A stretch of 64,000 bases of DNA from Alphaproteobacteria bacterium (GCA_964291215.2 OZ219791.1:1216001-1280000), one strand, 5' to 3'. Counted from the first letter of the stretch, positions 32,949 through 44,172 are shown. Notes: generated by a model not told the origin, from the sequence alone. A program made the numbers and translations.

Positions 32949-33791
32949 TCAGCCTTTGGCGCCCCGCAGACCCAGCAGCTTGCGCACCCGCTTTTCGAGA
33001 TCGGGGTCGGGTTCCTGCGGCGTCAGGTCAACATTCTGTGACAGGCTGTCGACGATCCGGCCGAACGCCGCAAGACGGGCGTATTTCTTGTCATTGGCTG
33101 GAATGACGGTCCATGGGCACGCGACGGTCGATGTTTTGGCGAACATCTCCTCGATCGCCTCTTCGTAGTCCTTGAAGCGCCTCCTGTTGCGAAGATCTTC
33201 CGCCGAGAGCTTCCAGCGCTTGAGCGGATCCCGGAACCGGGCGCGAAAGCGCTTGAGCTGTTCGTCGGGCGTGATGTGGAGGAATATCTTGACCAGTCGG
33301 ATGCCGTCATCGGACAGCATGCGTTCGAATTCGTTGATCTCCGCGTAGGCGCGTTGCCACTCGGGCTTGGTCGCATACCCCTCGACCCTTTCGACGAGGA
33401 CGCGGCCGTACCATGAGCGGTCGAAGATCGCCAGTTCGCCTAGCTGCGGCAGCCGCGTCCAGAAACGATGGAGATAGTGGTGGCCGCGGTCTTGCGGCGC
33501 CGGCGCCGCGATTGGCCACACCTTGCAGGCGCGGGGGTCAAGCGACCAGCACATCCGGCGAATGATCCCGCCCTTTCCGGCTGCGTCCCAACCCTCGAAG
33601 ACGATGATCGCCCGCCGCCGGTCCCTGTAGGCCAGGGAGATTTCAGTCAGGCGCACTTGGAGCGCGCCAAGTTCCGTCTCGTACCGGGCCTTGTCGGCCG
33701 TCAGCGTCATGTCGAGGTCGGAAAGGCTCGGTGGCTCGGGTTCGGGCTGTATCGGAGGACGATTGCTGTCGTGGTGAGTCGTTTCGTTCAT
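32949..33791 (-). CDS. ppk2: Polyphosphate kinase 2 family protein
   Basis: FEGWDAAGKGG, FDRSWYGRVLVERVEG and KRWKLSAED. Start MNETTH chosen. Confidence 0.93.
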   Translation of the reverse strand: MNETTHHDSNRPPIQPEPEPPSLSDLDMTLTADKARYETELGALQVRLTEISLAYRDRRRAIIVFEGWDAAGKGGIIRRMCWSLDPRACKVWPIAAPAPQDRGHHYLHRFWTRLPQLGELAIFDRSWYGRVLVERVEGYATKPEWQRAYAEINEFERMLSDDGIRLVKIFLHITPDEQLKRFRARFRDPLKRWKLSAEDLRNRRRFKDYEEAIEEMFAKTSTVACPWTVIPANDKKYARLAAFGRIVDSLSQNVDLTPQEPDPDLEKRVRKLLGLRGAKG

Positions 33792-34056
33792 GTTGGGTCT
33801 TTCGTCGCTGGCTGGGAAGGGAACTGTCGCGAACGCTTCCGGATGCTGCCACAGGACGCATCTTTCGCGGCGGCGCTCTGTTTGCGCAGCACTTAGTTCA
33901 TCACCATACCAGATGGCCGCGGTGTCTTCCGGCCGTCCGCATCGGGCCCCGGCCAGGCGGGCGCGGTGGGCAACGAATCGGGATTTCGATACCGGCGCGG
34001 CGCCGGCGGGGCGCTCCCCCTCGGCGCAAGCCTGCCGATCGCGGCATAGTGGACCG

Positions 34057-34250
34057 CAGGACTTTCCCACGCTGCATTCGATCTTGCTGACTGCTGATGG
34101 AGGGAGGTTGAACAGGCCCAACCCTGTCGGGTCTTCTGACCGCGGGGCTGTCCACGGGTCGCCGCAGCCGGAAAACCTGGCAAGAATGCGGAAATTTGTG
34201 CCCCGTTCAGCGATCATTCAAAACACCAACCACAGCGTGGGAAAGTCCTG
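34057..34250. mobile_element. MITE with perfect 18-bp terminal inverted repeats
   Basis: caggactttcccacgctg / cagcgtgggaaagtcctg; 9-bp TSD agtggaccg / agtgaaccg. A related partial copy lies at about 41505..41669. Confidence 0.88.
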
Positions 34251-34468
34251 AGTGAACCGTGTTCCGCCTTGAACGGCCGGCGCCGTCCCGATAGTATGAT
34301 CCCGTAGCGGATTTCCGCCGCTTCGGTTGGAAGGGTGCGGGAACCTGGCAGAGCCTCGGGATTCGCGTGCCCGACCGCAAGCGGCCTCCGGACGGGTCGT
34401 ACGGGAGGCCAAGCGGTTCCGGTGGCGTCGAACCGGGACTTAATCTACAGAATTTCTGGCGCCCTCGA

Positions 34469-36688
34469 ATGACTGAAACCCCTGTTCTGAGCGACCAGCC
34501 GGACGCGACCGCCACGGCCGCCGAGGGGGGCGCAGAGAGCATCCCGGCAGCGCACAGCCTCGAGTTCGGAGCCTCTTCGGAAGCGCCCGGAGAACGCTAC
34601 CTCAATCGCGAACTGTCGTGGCTTGCTTTCAACTGGCGGGTTCTCGGGGAGGCCGACAACCGGCGCCATCCGCTGCTTGAACGCCTGCGTTTCCTGTCGA
34701 TCTCGGCCAGCAATCTCGACGAGTTCTTCATGGTGCGGCTCGCCGGTCTCAGGGGCCAGGTAAACGCCGACATCACGCTGCCCAGCCTCGACGACCGCAC
34801 GCCGCTCGAACAGCTGACCGAGGCGTCGGCGGACGGCGCAAGGCTCATGGACGAGCAGGAAGCGGTATGGCAGCGACTGCGCGTCGAACTCGTCGCTTCG
34901 GGTATCTCTCTGGTTGCGGCGGCCGACCTCAAACCCGGCGATGTGGACTGGCTCGGCAACTACTTCCTCGAACAGGTGTTTCCGGTGCTCACGCCGCTCG
35001 CCATCGACCCTGCGCACCCCTTTCCGTTTATCGCTAACAGGGGTTTCTCCCTGGCTCTCGAACTGGAAAGCGTCGTCGGCGGCAGGCAGATGCTCGCCCT
35101 GGTGCCGCTGCCACTGCAGGCGCGGAGATTTACCCGCCTGCCCGGTGACGGCATCCGCTTCATCGCCCTTGAGAACCTCGTCGAACTGTTCATCGACCGG
35201 CTGTTTCCCGGTTTCCGCATCGTCGAAAGCGGCACGTTCCGCCTGATCCGCGACAGCGACATCGAGTATGAGGAGGAGGCCGAAGACCTCGTCGCGCTCT
35301 TCGAGACCATGCTCCGCCAGCGCCGACGCGGAGGTGTCGTGCGGTTCATGCTCAGCGCCGACATGCCTGCCTCGCTCCGCGACCTCGTGATCGCCGAGGT
35401 CAAGGCCTCGCCAGAGGACATCGTCGAGGTGTCGGGCATGCTCGGCAAGGAACAGCTCAAGGAGATGATCGACTGCGATCGTTCCGATCTCGTCTTTCCC
35501 GCCTATGGGGCGCGTTTCCCCGAGCGCATCCGGGAGTTCGACAATGACTGTTTCGCTGCCATCCGGCGCAAGGACATCGTCGTCCACCACCCCTATGAGA
35601 GCTTCGACGTGGTCGTCCAGTTCCTCGAGCAGGCTGCGGCCGACCCCGAGGTGCTGGCAATCAAGCAGACGCTCTACCGCACCACGGCCGAGTCGCCGAT
35701 CGTCAGGGCGCTGATCGCTGCTGCTGAATCGGGCAAGACGGTCACAGCGCTGGTCGAACTCAAGGCCCGTTTCGATGAGGAGACCAATCTCGAACTGTCG
35801 CGTTCCCTCGAGCGCGCCGGGGTGCATGTCGTCTACGGCTTCATGAACCTCAAGACCCATGCCAAGGTCACCTGTGTGGTGCGCCGCGAGAGCGGCAAGC
35901 TGGTGACCTATGCCCATTTCGGGACCGGCAACTACCACCCGCTGACGGCGCGCGTCTATACCGACCTGTCGTTCTTTACCTGCGACCAGCGCTACGGACG
36001 GGACGTGGCGCGGCTGTTCAATTTCACCACCGGCTATGCCGTTCCGGATTCCTTCGAGTGCCTCTCGGTTGCACCGTTCGGGCTGCGCAAGTCGCTCATC
36101 GAGCTGATCGAAACTGAAATTGCCAATGCGCGGGCAGGGCGGCCGGCAGCGATCTGGGCCAAGATGAACTCGCTTGTCGACGGTCCGATCATCGACAAGC
36201 TGTACGAGGCGAGCGCAGCCGGGGTCGAGATCGAGCTCGTGGTGCGCGGCATATGCTGCCTGCGTCCCGGCGTGTCCGGCCTCTCCGAGAACATCCGTGT
36301 CAAGAGCATCATCGGACGTTTTCTCGAGCATTCGCGCATTGTCTGCTTCGCCAACGGCCACAAGCTGCCGTCGCCGAAGGCCAGGGTGTTCATCACCTCT
36401 GCCGACTGGATGCCGCGCAATTTCGACCGGCGCTGCGAGGTGCTGGTGCCGATCGAGAACGAGACCGTGCACCGCCAGATCCTCGACCAGATCATGGTCG
36501 CAAATCTGAAGGACGATCTGCAGAGTTCGAGGATGCTTCCAGACGGCAGCTACGAGCGGCTGGTTGCGGGCGACGACGGCTTTGCTGCCCATACGTATTT
36601 TATGACCAATCCAAGCCTGTCGGGCCGTGGCAGTGCGCTTCGTCGCTTGGGTGGACCGGCGAGGCTGCGGATTGCCGAAGACGGCTGA
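34469..36688 (+). CDS. ppk1: Polyphosphate kinase 1
   Basis: [40 protein letters not shown] and GRFLEHSR. Confidence 0.97.
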   Translation: MTETPVLSDQPDATATAAEGGAESIPAAHSLEFGASSEAPGERYLNRELSWLAFNWRVLGEADNRRHPLLERLRFLSISASNLDEFFMVRLAGLRGQVNADITLPSLDDRTPLEQLTEASADGARLMDEQEAVWQRLRVELVASGISLVAAADLKPGDVDWLGNYFLEQVFPVLTPLAIDPAHPFPFIANRGFSLALELESVVGGRQMLALVPLPLQARRFTRLPGDGIRFIALENLVELFIDRLFPGFRIVESGTFRLIRDSDIEYEEEAEDLVALFETMLRQRRRGGVVRFMLSADMPASLRDLVIAEVKASPEDIVEVSGMLGKEQLKEMIDCDRSDLVFPAYGARFPERIREFDNDCFAAIRRKDIVVHHPYESFDVVVQFLEQAAADPEVLAIKQTLYRTTAESPIVRALIAAAESGKTVTALVELKARFDEETNLELSRSLERAGVHVVYGFMNLKTHAKVTCVVRRESGKLVTYAHFGTGNYHPLTARVYTDLSFFTCDQRYGRDVARLFNFTTGYAVPDSFECLSVAPFGLRKSLIELIETEIANARAGRPAAIWAKMNSLVDGPIIDKLYEASAAGVEIELVVRGICCLRPGVSGLSENIRVKSIIGRFLEHSRIVCFANGHKLPSPKARVFITSADWMPRNFDRRCEVLVPIENETVHRQILDQIMVANLKDDLQSSRMLPDGSYERLVAGDDGFAAHTYFMTNPSLSGRGSALRRLGGPARLRIAEDG

Positions 36689-38210
36689 ACACCGGTTCCG
36701 GGACGCTGCTGATTCGGCCACCCGGATCGACGATCTCGCACACGCACCTTTCGGGGTGGTCGATATCGGCTCCAACTCCGTTCGGCTGGTGGTGTTCGAC
36801 GGCCTCCGCCGCTCGCCCCTGCCGCTGTTCAACGAAACGGTCATGTGCGGCCTTGGTTTCGGCCTCGGCGAAAGCGGCCGGCTTCACCCCGAGGGAGTTG
36901 ACCGGGCGCTCCGGAGCCTGGAGCGGTTCGTCGCGCTTCTCGCGGCGATGGGCGTCGATTCGGTCGATGTCGTCGCGACCGCCGCGGTTCGCAATGCCGA
37001 GGACCGCGGCGCGTTCCTGGAGGCCGTGCGGCGCAGGTGCGGGCTGGAGGTGCGCGTGCTGTCGGGCGCGGAAGAAGCGGAGCATGCCGCGCTTGGCGTG
37101 CTGAGCGGCATGCCCTCGGCCAACGGCCTCATGGGCGATCTCGGCGGCGGCAGCTTGGAACTGGTACGCTTGGTCGACGGCGCCATCGGCGAACAGACGA
37201 CCCTGCCGCTCGGCCCGCTGAGCCTCATGGCGGCTGCGGGCGGGTCGAGGGATCTCGCAAACGGGATGGTCGAGGAGGCTCTCGCCCCGATTCCCTGGCT
37301 CGCGGACGCGCGCGGCGCCTCGCTCTACGCGATCGGCGGCAGTTGGCGGGCCCTGGCGCGCGCGCACATGGCGTACAACGATTATCCGCTGAGCGTCATC
37401 GATCACTATCGCGTTCCCTGCCCGACTCTTTCGAACATGGTCGGACTGCTCGCGACCCAGAGCACGGAGGCCCTTTCCAGGCTGGAGCATGTACCGCAAC
37501 GACGTATCGATCTGCTGCCGCTTTCAGCCGTGGTCATGGGCGCATTGCTTGAAGCGGTGCAGCCGCACGATGTCGTGTTTTCCGCGTCGGGCCTCCGCGA
37601 GGGGCTGGCTCATGCGCGACTGCCGCCCGGCCGGCGGACACGTGATCCTCTTATCAGCGCGTGCGAGGATATCGCCCGGCGTGCGGCGAGGTTCCCTGCG
37701 CACCCCCGCGAACTGACAAGCTGGACGCGGCACCTGTTCCCCGGAGAAGATGTCGGAGAACGGCGGCTTCGCCAAGCTGCCTGCCTGCTCAGCGACATCG
37801 GCTGGCGCGTACACCCGGACTACCGCGCCGACCATGCTCGCGCCGAGGTCCTGCGCGCTCCAGGGCTGCACGCGACGCACGAGGAACGCGCTTTCCTGGC
37901 TGCAGCGGTATGCGCCCGCTATACGAGCGGAACCAGGGCATTCGCGGATCTTCAGCGGCTGCTCTCGGCGGATCAGATCAGGCGGGCGCGCACAATTGGC
38001 GCGGCCGTGCGCCTCGGCGAGACGCTTTCCGGCGGTGTGCCCGGCATCATCGACCGGTTTTCCCTGTGTGCGCACAAGCGCAAGCCCGGCCTGCGCCTGC
38101 GCTACGGTTCGGCGGACCGGGCGATGGTCGGCGAGGTCGTGATGCGGCGATTCGAGGTGCTGGCGAAGCTTATGGGACGCGAGCCGAAACTGTGGTGCGC
38201 CGACAGCTAG
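36672..38210 (+). CDS. ppx: Exopolyphosphatase Ppx/GppA family
   Basis: [26 protein letters not shown] and SGLREG. The start codon is uncertain. Confidence 0.93.
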   Translation: MPKTAEHRFRDAADSATRIDDLAHAPFGVVDIGSNSVRLVVFDGLRRSPLPLFNETVMCGLGFGLGESGRLHPEGVDRALRSLERFVALLAAMGVDSVDVVATAAVRNAEDRGAFLEAVRRRCGLEVRVLSGAEEAEHAALGVLSGMPSANGLMGDLGGGSLELVRLVDGAIGEQTTLPLGPLSLMAAAGGSRDLANGMVEEALAPIPWLADARGASLYAIGGSWRALARAHMAYNDYPLSVIDHYRVPCPTLSNMVGLLATQSTEALSRLEHVPQRRIDLLPLSAVVMGALLEAVQPHDVVFSASGLREGLAHARLPPGRRTRDPLISACEDIARRAARFPAHPRELTSWTRHLFPGEDVGERRLRQAACLLSDIGWRVHPDYRADHARAEVLRAPGLHATHEERAFLAAAVCARYTSGTRAFADLQRLLSADQIRRARTIGAAVRLGETLSGGVPGIIDRFSLCAHKRKPGLRLRYGSADRAMVGEVVMRRFEVLAKLMGREPKLWCADS

Positions 38211-38276
38211 AGCCTGCGCCGCGCAGGCGGCGGCCCGGTTTCCGAAACGTACCCCGAGCTTGGGCCGAAGGATTGA

Positions 38277-38362
38277 TGGTGCGGGCGGTCGGGCTCGAAC
38301 CGACACTCCTGAAAGGAACGGGTTTTTGAGACCCGCGCGTCTACCAATTCCGCCACGCCCGC
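38277..38362 (-). tRNA. tRNA-Leu(CAA)
   Basis: GCGGGCGTGGCGGAATTGGTAGACGCG-CGGGT-CTCAAAA-ACCCG, long variable arm, GGTTCGAG T-loop, ends in ACCA. Confidence 0.96.
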
Positions 38363-38479
38363 GCACCGGGAGGGGTACTCCAACCGCAAGGCGCCGGTCA
38401 AGTCCGGGTCGGCGGGCATGCATGTCCCGACTCGGACGCTCTTTCCCTGACGGTCATTCGCGCCGGCGACGGCGGGGAG

Positions 38480-39679
38480 TTACAGGATGTCGGTTCCGGG
38501 GTCCAGCCCCAGGAGCGTCCGACCGTAGATCTCCGTGTCCGGCGTGAAACGAAGAAGGGCGTGCTGACTCATGGCGTAAACGTCCCGCCAGGCCCGCTGG
38601 ACCGGGTTGCGCTCCGCAAGTCCGGCACCGCCGCTCGCGAGGAACAACTCGTCGATTGCATCCCGGCACAGCCTGACCGCGTACGCGCAATCCATGCGTG
38701 CCCGGGCGCGCCTTTTCCTCGTCATGCGTCCTTCGCGTCCTGCGGCCTCGTGAATGTCGTCGGCTGCCCGGCGGACGAGGGTGCGCGCTGTGTCGACGCC
38801 GGCGGCTGCGGTGGCGACGGCCTGGTGGGTCAACGGACTCTCGATCTCTGCCGCGCCGCGCCGGTGGCGGTCCGTCCGGTTGGACACATGGTTCGCGAAA
38901 TCGGCGATGGCGCTTCCGGTGATGCCGACGGCGGGTGCGCACAGCGCGAGCGCCAGGCAGGGGGCGAGCGGCGCCCGGTAGAGGTCGCTGCGGTGAAGAT
39001 TGCTGCCCGGGCTGCGGCCCAGCGCTGCGTCGCGGAACCGAAGGACGCGCCGCGCCGGCACCGAAATCGCCTCGCCGCCGAGGCTGCAACTTCCTGTGCC
39101 GCGCAGCCCGGCAACGTGCCAGTCGTCATGAAGGGTCACGTCGGCGATTGGCACCGCGAAGCAGGCCTCGTCTCCGGCTCCGCCGTCCGAGTCCGGTATC
39201 CGTGCGCCGAGTATTGCCCAATCCGCATGTTCGGAACCGGACGCGAACGGCCACAAGCCTTCAAGGACGTAGCCATCGCCCTGTCTACGGGCAGTGCCGC
39301 GCGGATCGAGAACGGCGGCCACTAGCGTGTCCGGATCGGCACCGTAGATTTCGTCCTGCACGTCTCTTGCGAACAGGCCGGCGAGCCATGAATTGATGTG
39401 GAAAACCCCGAGGCACCATCCTGTCGACCCGCATCCCCGCGACACTTCCTCGACCGCGTCGAGATGGGCGTGATAGTCGAGTTCCAGGCCGCCGCAGCGC
39501 GCCGGCTGCAGGATCCTCGCCAGCCCCGACGCCTTGAGGTCAGCTATCGTCTCCACGGGGAGCCGCCGTTCGCGTTCCGTTGCGAGGGCGCGCCCGCGCG
39601 CCGCCTCCGCGAGGCTGCGCGCGGTATCCATCAGGCCGGAAGTCTCCGGCGACTTGGCTGTCGCTGTCCGGGAATCCAT
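38480..39679 (-). CDS. Acyl-CoA dehydrogenase-like flavin-dependent monooxygenase (HsaA-like)
   Basis: TERERRLP, GCGSTGWC, WPFASGSEHADW, DDWHVAGLRGTGS and PVQRAWRD. Confidence 0.88.
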   Translation of the reverse strand: MDSRTATAKSPETSGLMDTARSLAEAARGRALATERERRLPVETIADLKASGLARILQPARCGGLELDYHAHLDAVEEVSRGCGSTGWCLGVFHINSWLAGLFARDVQDEIYGADPDTLVAAVLDPRGTARRQGDGYVLEGLWPFASGSEHADWAILGARIPDSDGGAGDEACFAVPIADVTLHDDWHVAGLRGTGSCSLGGEAISVPARRVLRFRDAALGRSPGSNLHRSDLYRAPLAPCLALALCAPAVGITGSAIADFANHVSNRTDRHRRGAAEIESPLTHQAVATAAAGVDTARTLVRRAADDIHEAAGREGRMTRKRRARARMDCAYAVRLCRDAIDELFLASGGAGLAERNPVQRAWRDVYAMSQHALLRFTPDTEIYGRTLLGLDPGTDIL

Positions 39680-39760
39680 CGCGGCAATATAGCGGCGCCG
39701 ACATTTCCGTAAAACAGCGGTGCCGAAGGCGCCAATACTCTCCCACGCTGTGGTTGGTGT

Positions 39761-40453
39761 GTAACTGCTTACCGCTGCTGGTCATGGATTGCCGTTCCTG
39801 ACGGCGTTCGGGGTCAAGCATCTTTTCTCGTCCCCTTCCCTCGCTGATTGCCGGAAACCGGAGGTGCGGGTTCCGATGGGCAAGAACCGTTCCGGTCTTC
39901 GGCCGGTCTTGCTTTCCGGCCGGTGTCGCCGGGTCTGCAATGCGGTACCGAGCCCGCGGCGCGGGTTCCATCGTGCCGGCTGAGGAATCCGGCGGTGCAG
40001 CTTCAGATATCCTGGCCTCTGGAGAATTGGCAGGCAAGGCCCTCCGGCGGCCGTTCAGGCGGGCTTCGGAGGCAGTTCGTAGACCATGCGGAGCTCGGTT
40101 CCGAGAACGCAGGTGCCGGTTTCGTTGAGTTCCTTCAGCAGCCCTGCGATGGCGGCGTTGCAGGCGGATCCGGGGATGCGCACCCGGAGGATCCCCGGTT
40201 CAGGTTCGGGGAGGATGTCGGCGTCGGCCTGCAGGAGGGCGCGGAGGGGTTTTCGCGGGCGCGGTTTCCTGCCCTGCTCCTTCGCCACGGCCGCCATCGT
40301 CCGGGTTTCGGCGCGGTAGGCGATCATGCGCAGGATGTCGAGCCGGTGCTTCTCCCGGAACGGAAGAGCATCGAGGGCCAGATCGGCGGCGAGTTCCCGG
40401 ATGCGAACGCCGTCAGGAAAGGCGGCCAATGATCAGCAGGGGCGAGCAGTTAC
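39761..40453 (-). mobile_element. Internally deleted transposon with GTAACTGCT termini
   Basis: IRs gtaactgcttaccgctgctg / cagcaggggcgagcagttac. Internal ORF fragment (RMIAYRAET..ELNET...GTELRMVYE) resembles the C-terminus of an unclassified transposase. Confidence 0.65.
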
Positions 40454-40551
40454 TGGAGGCGTTCATAAACGCCGATCCCGGCTTCAAGCGGGCGCGCAAA
40501 GCTCTGGGCGACGCCCGTTCATCGTCAACCCAACCGAAGGAGAGTTGAGCA

Positions 40552-40860
40552 ATGGCCACGATTGACAACTTCACCGCCGGCAAGGACGGCTATGTCGAAA
40601 AGATCCGGACCCTGACGGTCAACGTCAAGGCGAAGATCGTCGCCAATGACCAGAAAAAGAGCGAAGGCGCGCCGGACTTTCGCGTCTACGCTGGCCGCGC
40701 CGAACTTGGCGCCGCCTGGTAGGCTAGGACCAATAGCGAGGAGCCCCGGGACTATCTCAGCGTCTAGCTAGACGACCCGAGCTTCACCGAGCCCATCCGG
40801 GCGGCTCTCTTCGAGGAGGACGGGGCGGCGTTCCTGGTCTGGAATAAGCGGGAAGGGCAG
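40552..40860 (+). pseudogene. DUF736 family protein pseudogene
   Basis: Not in the ORF track. Reads MATIDNFT..IRTLTVNVKA..APDFRVYAGRAELGAAW*..RDYLSV*LDDPSF..IRAALF..LVWN with in-frame TAG at 40720 and 40765. RBS AAGGAG upstream. Confidence 0.85.
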
Positions 40861-40957
40861 GATTTTTCTTGCCTGAATCTCCATTATTGGTGTAACAAAA
40901 CTTTGGAAATTAAAAGAAAATATCGACGGTTTTTTACATGGGCGCTATCCATAAAGG

Positions 40958-41488
40958 ATTACGCAACCTGATGTCTGGAAATTGTCGTGAATCTGATCGA
41001 GCTGTTCCCATTTGATCTTGGTTTCGGTTTCCCATTTTTCGTCGATGAGGACTGCGGTTGAGAGACGCTCCAACGAGGCGATGTTCGGAAAGACCCTGAC
41101 TTTGGAGGTGCGCCGCTTGAGCTCTTGCCGGATCGGTCGCTCGATGCCGTTCGAGGTTCGCATACGTTTGTGGTGAGCATCGGGCAAGGTGAAGACAGCG
41201 AGCCCCGCATTGTTTTCCAGCTAGGAAGCCTGGATGCTTGTCGCGATAGCTGGCCACGAGGGCGCCCAGTTCAGCCTCGGCGGTTTGGAGTGAGGAGGCG
41301 TGGCTCCGAGCTGTTTTCCGATACGTTTCCTGATGTCGTTGTTCGGTGCACGGCGTTTTGTGCCAGGTGGAACTGGCAGCGCTGCCATGTCGCCGCGCCT
41401 TGCACCGTGCCGCTTTCAGCCCGGCATCCGAGACGATGAAAATCGTCCTATGCAGGCCACGGGCTTGCAAGCTTTCCAGGAAGGCTCT
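40958..41488 (-). mobile_element. IS256 3' fragment (degraded)
   Basis: Near-identical to 13512..14010 joined to 16234..16260, i.e. the uninterrupted allele. Confidence 0.87.
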
Positions 41489-41504
41489 TTACAGTACCTT
41501 CGAT

Positions 41505-41669
41505 ATATCTTGCCGACTGCTGATGGAGGGAGATTGCACAGCCTGCCGGGTTTTCTGGCCGCGGGGCCGTCCACGGGTTGCCGCAGCCGGAAAACCTGGC
41601 AAGAATGCGGAAATTTGTGCCCCGTTTAGCGGTCATTCAATACATCAACCACAGCGTGAGAAAGTCCTG
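41505..41669. repeat. Partial copy of the 34057..34250 MITE
   Basis: Shares gactgctgatggaggga...ccgcagccggaaaacctggcaagaatgcggaaatttgtgccccg...cagcgtgagaaagtcctg. Confidence 0.8.
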
Positions 41670-41902
41670 GGATTCGCCACCGTGGCGGTTCAGGAATCGC
41701 GGTCCTGATTCCTCCGTGGGCGCATGTGCGGCCGCCGTGGGCGTCGCGAGAAAGCTGGAGGGCTGAGAGATCTTCCATCTGTGGAAACAATCCGTCGGGC
41801 CGGGACAGGTCACCGATGGACTCCCGACATCGCCATGTTTGCCCATATCCCGCGAATCCGACAAACTCCCGATTCCAGCTATCGCCGCTGCAAGAAACCG
41901 TC

Positions 41903-42484
41903 ATGTTGAGACGCCTCTATGATCGGACGATCGACCTTGCCGCCCATCGCCGCGCGATATGGGTGCTTGCTGCGGTCGCGTTCACGGAGAGTTTCGTCTT
42001 TCCGGTGCCTCCCGATGTCCTGCTGATTCCGATGGTGCTCGCGGCGCGGCGCGGGGCCTGGCGCATCGCGCTCGTCTGCACCGCGGCATCGGTCGCCGGC
42101 GGACTTCTCGGTTACGGAATCGGCGCCGTCCTCTATGAGGGGGTCGGCCGCCAGATCGTGGAGTTCTACGGCTACGGCCCGCAATTTGCGAACGCGTCCG
42201 GGCTCTACAACGAGTACGGTGCATGGATCGTGCTGGTTGCGGGTCTGACGCCGATCCCCTACAAGATATTCACGATCGCCAGCGGGGTGGCGGCACTCGA
42301 TCCGGCCATGTTCGTCGCCGCGTCGGTCGTCGCGCGGGGGTTGCGCTTCTTCCTGATCGCGGCACTGCTCTGCTGGATCGGGCCGCCGGTCCGGGATTTC
42401 GTCGAGCGCCGGCTGGGCTTGGTCTTCGCGCTTTTCTGCATTCTGCTGGTCGGTGGTTTCGTGATCGTCGGAGCGCTCGCATGA
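41903..42484 (+). CDS. YqaA/DedA family membrane protein
   Basis: MLRRLYDRTI..AFTESFVFPVPPDVLLIPM..TPIPYKIFTIASG..ARGLRFF. Confidence 0.92.
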   Translation: MLRRLYDRTIDLAAHRRAIWVLAAVAFTESFVFPVPPDVLLIPMVLAARRGAWRIALVCTAASVAGGLLGYGIGAVLYEGVGRQIVEFYGYGPQFANASGLYNEYGAWIVLVAGLTPIPYKIFTIASGVAALDPAMFVAASVVARGLRFFLIAALLCWIGPPVRDFVERRLGLVFALFCILLVGGFVIVGALA

Positions 42485-42999
42485 TGATTGCCGGCATCTA
42501 TTTCCGCGATGAGGCGGCGCCGCTTTGGGCGGGGGCCGCGTCGGCGGTCGCGCTTGCCGTCGCGCTTGGCAGCCAGTACTGGGGCGGCCTGCAGCCCTGC
42601 GAACTCTGCCTCTGGCAGCGGGTGCCGTACGGCGTGGTGATCGCCGCCGGTGTCGGGGCGCTGCTGTGGTTCCGCTCGCCGCGCGAACGCATGGCGCTGG
42701 TCTGGCTGGCGGTGCTATGCTTCGCCGCGGGGGCCGCGATCGCGCTCTACCATGTCGGAGTCGAGCTCCACTGGGTTGTCGGCCCGGCATCCTGTTCCGG
42801 CCCGGCGTTGCTCAACGATGCGCAGACGGTCGAGGAGCTTCGCCGCCTGCTTGCCGCCGCGCCCGTCGTGCGCTGCGACGAGGTCGCATGGTCGCTGTTC
42901 GGCATCTCGATGCCGGGATGGAACGCGCTGGTCTCGCTGACGCTCCTTGCCGGATGCGCTCTGGCTGGCTGGCGCCTTGCGCACGCGAAGGGGGCCTGA
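42481..42999 (+). CDS. dsbB: Disulfide bond formation protein B
   Basis: PCELCLWQR, YHVGVE, CDEVAWSLFGISMPGWN and transmembrane helices. Confidence 0.9.
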   Translation: MMIAGIYFRDEAAPLWAGAASAVALAVALGSQYWGGLQPCELCLWQRVPYGVVIAAGVGALLWFRSPRERMALVWLAVLCFAAGAAIALYHVGVELHWVVGPASCSGPALLNDAQTVEELRRLLAAAPVVRCDEVAWSLFGISMPGWNALVSLTLLAGCALAGWRLAHAKGA

Positions 43000-43001
43000 C
43001 C

Positions 43002-43559
43002 ATGGCAAGGAAGGATACGCGCCACGGCATTCTTCCGGGCGATCTGCCGGCCGAGGTGCTGGTCGAGCGCATGGTCCGGGTCGACCATGCCGGCGAGTAC
43101 GGGGCGGTGCGCATCTATGAGGGGCAACTCGCCGTGCTCAATGGAACGAAGTCCGGCGAGGTCATTCGCGAGATGGCCGAGAAGGAACGCGAACATCTCG
43201 CGGAATTCGACCGGCTCGTCGGGGAACGCCGTGTGCGCCCCACGGCATTGCTGCCGGTCTGGCATGTCGCCGGGTACGCCCTCGGCGCGGCGACTGCGAT
43301 GATGGGAGAACGCGCGGCGATGGCCTGCACGGTCGCCGTCGAGGAGGTGATCGAAGCCCATTACGGACGGCAGGCAGAGGCGCTGGGCGACGACGAGGCC
43401 CCGCTTCGCGAGACCGTCGAGCAGTTCCGCGAGGACGAGCGCGCCCATCACGACACCGGGCTCGAGCACGAGGCCGCGAAGGCACCGGGTTACGAGGCGC
43501 TGTCGGCGGCCGTCAAGGCGGGATCCAGGCTCGCGATCTGGCTCAGCGAGAGGATCTGA
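43002..43559 (+). CDS. coq7: Demethoxyubiquinone hydroxylase (Coq7)
   Basis: RVDHAGEYGAVRIYEGQ, AMACTVAVEEVIEAHY and FREDERAH di-iron motifs. Confidence 0.93.
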   Translation: MARKDTRHGILPGDLPAEVLVERMVRVDHAGEYGAVRIYEGQLAVLNGTKSGEVIREMAEKEREHLAEFDRLVGERRVRPTALLPVWHVAGYALGAATAMMGERAAMACTVAVEEVIEAHYGRQAEALGDDEAPLRETVEQFREDERAHHDTGLEHEAAKAPGYEALSAAVKAGSRLAIWLSERI

Positions 43560-43564
43560 GCCCT

Positions 43565-44149
43565 TCAGAACCGCGCCATTTCGTTGCGGATCTTCTCGAT
43601 GAACCGCGTCGGTTTCGACGAGTCCCCCTTCTGCAGGCCGTAGAGCCCGAAATATGATACCCGGGCGCCCGAGGCGAGGAACGGCCGGAGGTAGCGCGTC
43701 ATCAGCCGGCGCGGGCCATCGCCGAGCCAGAGGAACGAGCTGCGGCCGCGGCTGTACGTGGCGACGGTCGCGGCGCGCCTGATTTGCTTGAGATCGGGTT
43801 TGAGGGCGCCGCCCTCGTCGAAACGGAAGGCGACGCCCGGGACGAGTGCCCGGTCCCAGAACCCCTTAAATATCGCTGGCGGGCCGAGGCACCAGACGGG
43901 AAAGCAGCAGACCAGCCCCTCGGCGGCGGCGATCCGCGCGGCGTAGTCCTCGAGCCGTGCCCGGTTGGCCTCGACATCGAAGTAGCTTTTCCGTTCCTCG
44001 GCCGAGAGCACTGGATCGAAACCCTCGGCGTAGAGATCCATGTCGTCGACCTCATGGCCGGCGTTCCGCAGCCCGTCGACGATCGCTTCGTGAAGGGCGC
44101 CGTTGAGGCTGTCGGCCAGCGGGTGGGCAAAGACCACGAGCACGCGCAT
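43565..44149 (-). CDS. NAD(P)H-dependent (quinone) oxidoreductase, flavodoxin-2 fold
   Basis: MRVLVVFAHP, DLYAEGFDPVL and PAIFKGFWDR. Confidence 0.9.
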   Translation of the reverse strand: MRVLVVFAHPLADSLNGALHEAIVDGLRNAGHEVDDMDLYAEGFDPVLSAEERKSYFDVEANRARLEDYAARIAAAEGLVCCFPVWCLGPPAIFKGFWDRALVPGVAFRFDEGGALKPDLKQIRRAATVATYSRGRSSFLWLGDGPRRLMTRYLRPFLASGARVSYFGLYGLQKGDSSKPTRFIEKIRNEMARF

Positions 44150-44172
44150 CGCTTCGTCTCCCTGTCCGCCGC

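Noticed and set aside
38277-38362. tRNA-Leu as an integration site of a genomic island
   Set aside because: No integrase or duplicated tRNA 3' end was seen, and ppx lies directly downstream.
40720-40767. Amber recoding (pyrrolysine or stop reassignment) in DUF736
   Set aside because: Intact genes in the window use TAG as a normal stop (e.g. ppx, DUF3179, vWA), and no pyl genes are visible.
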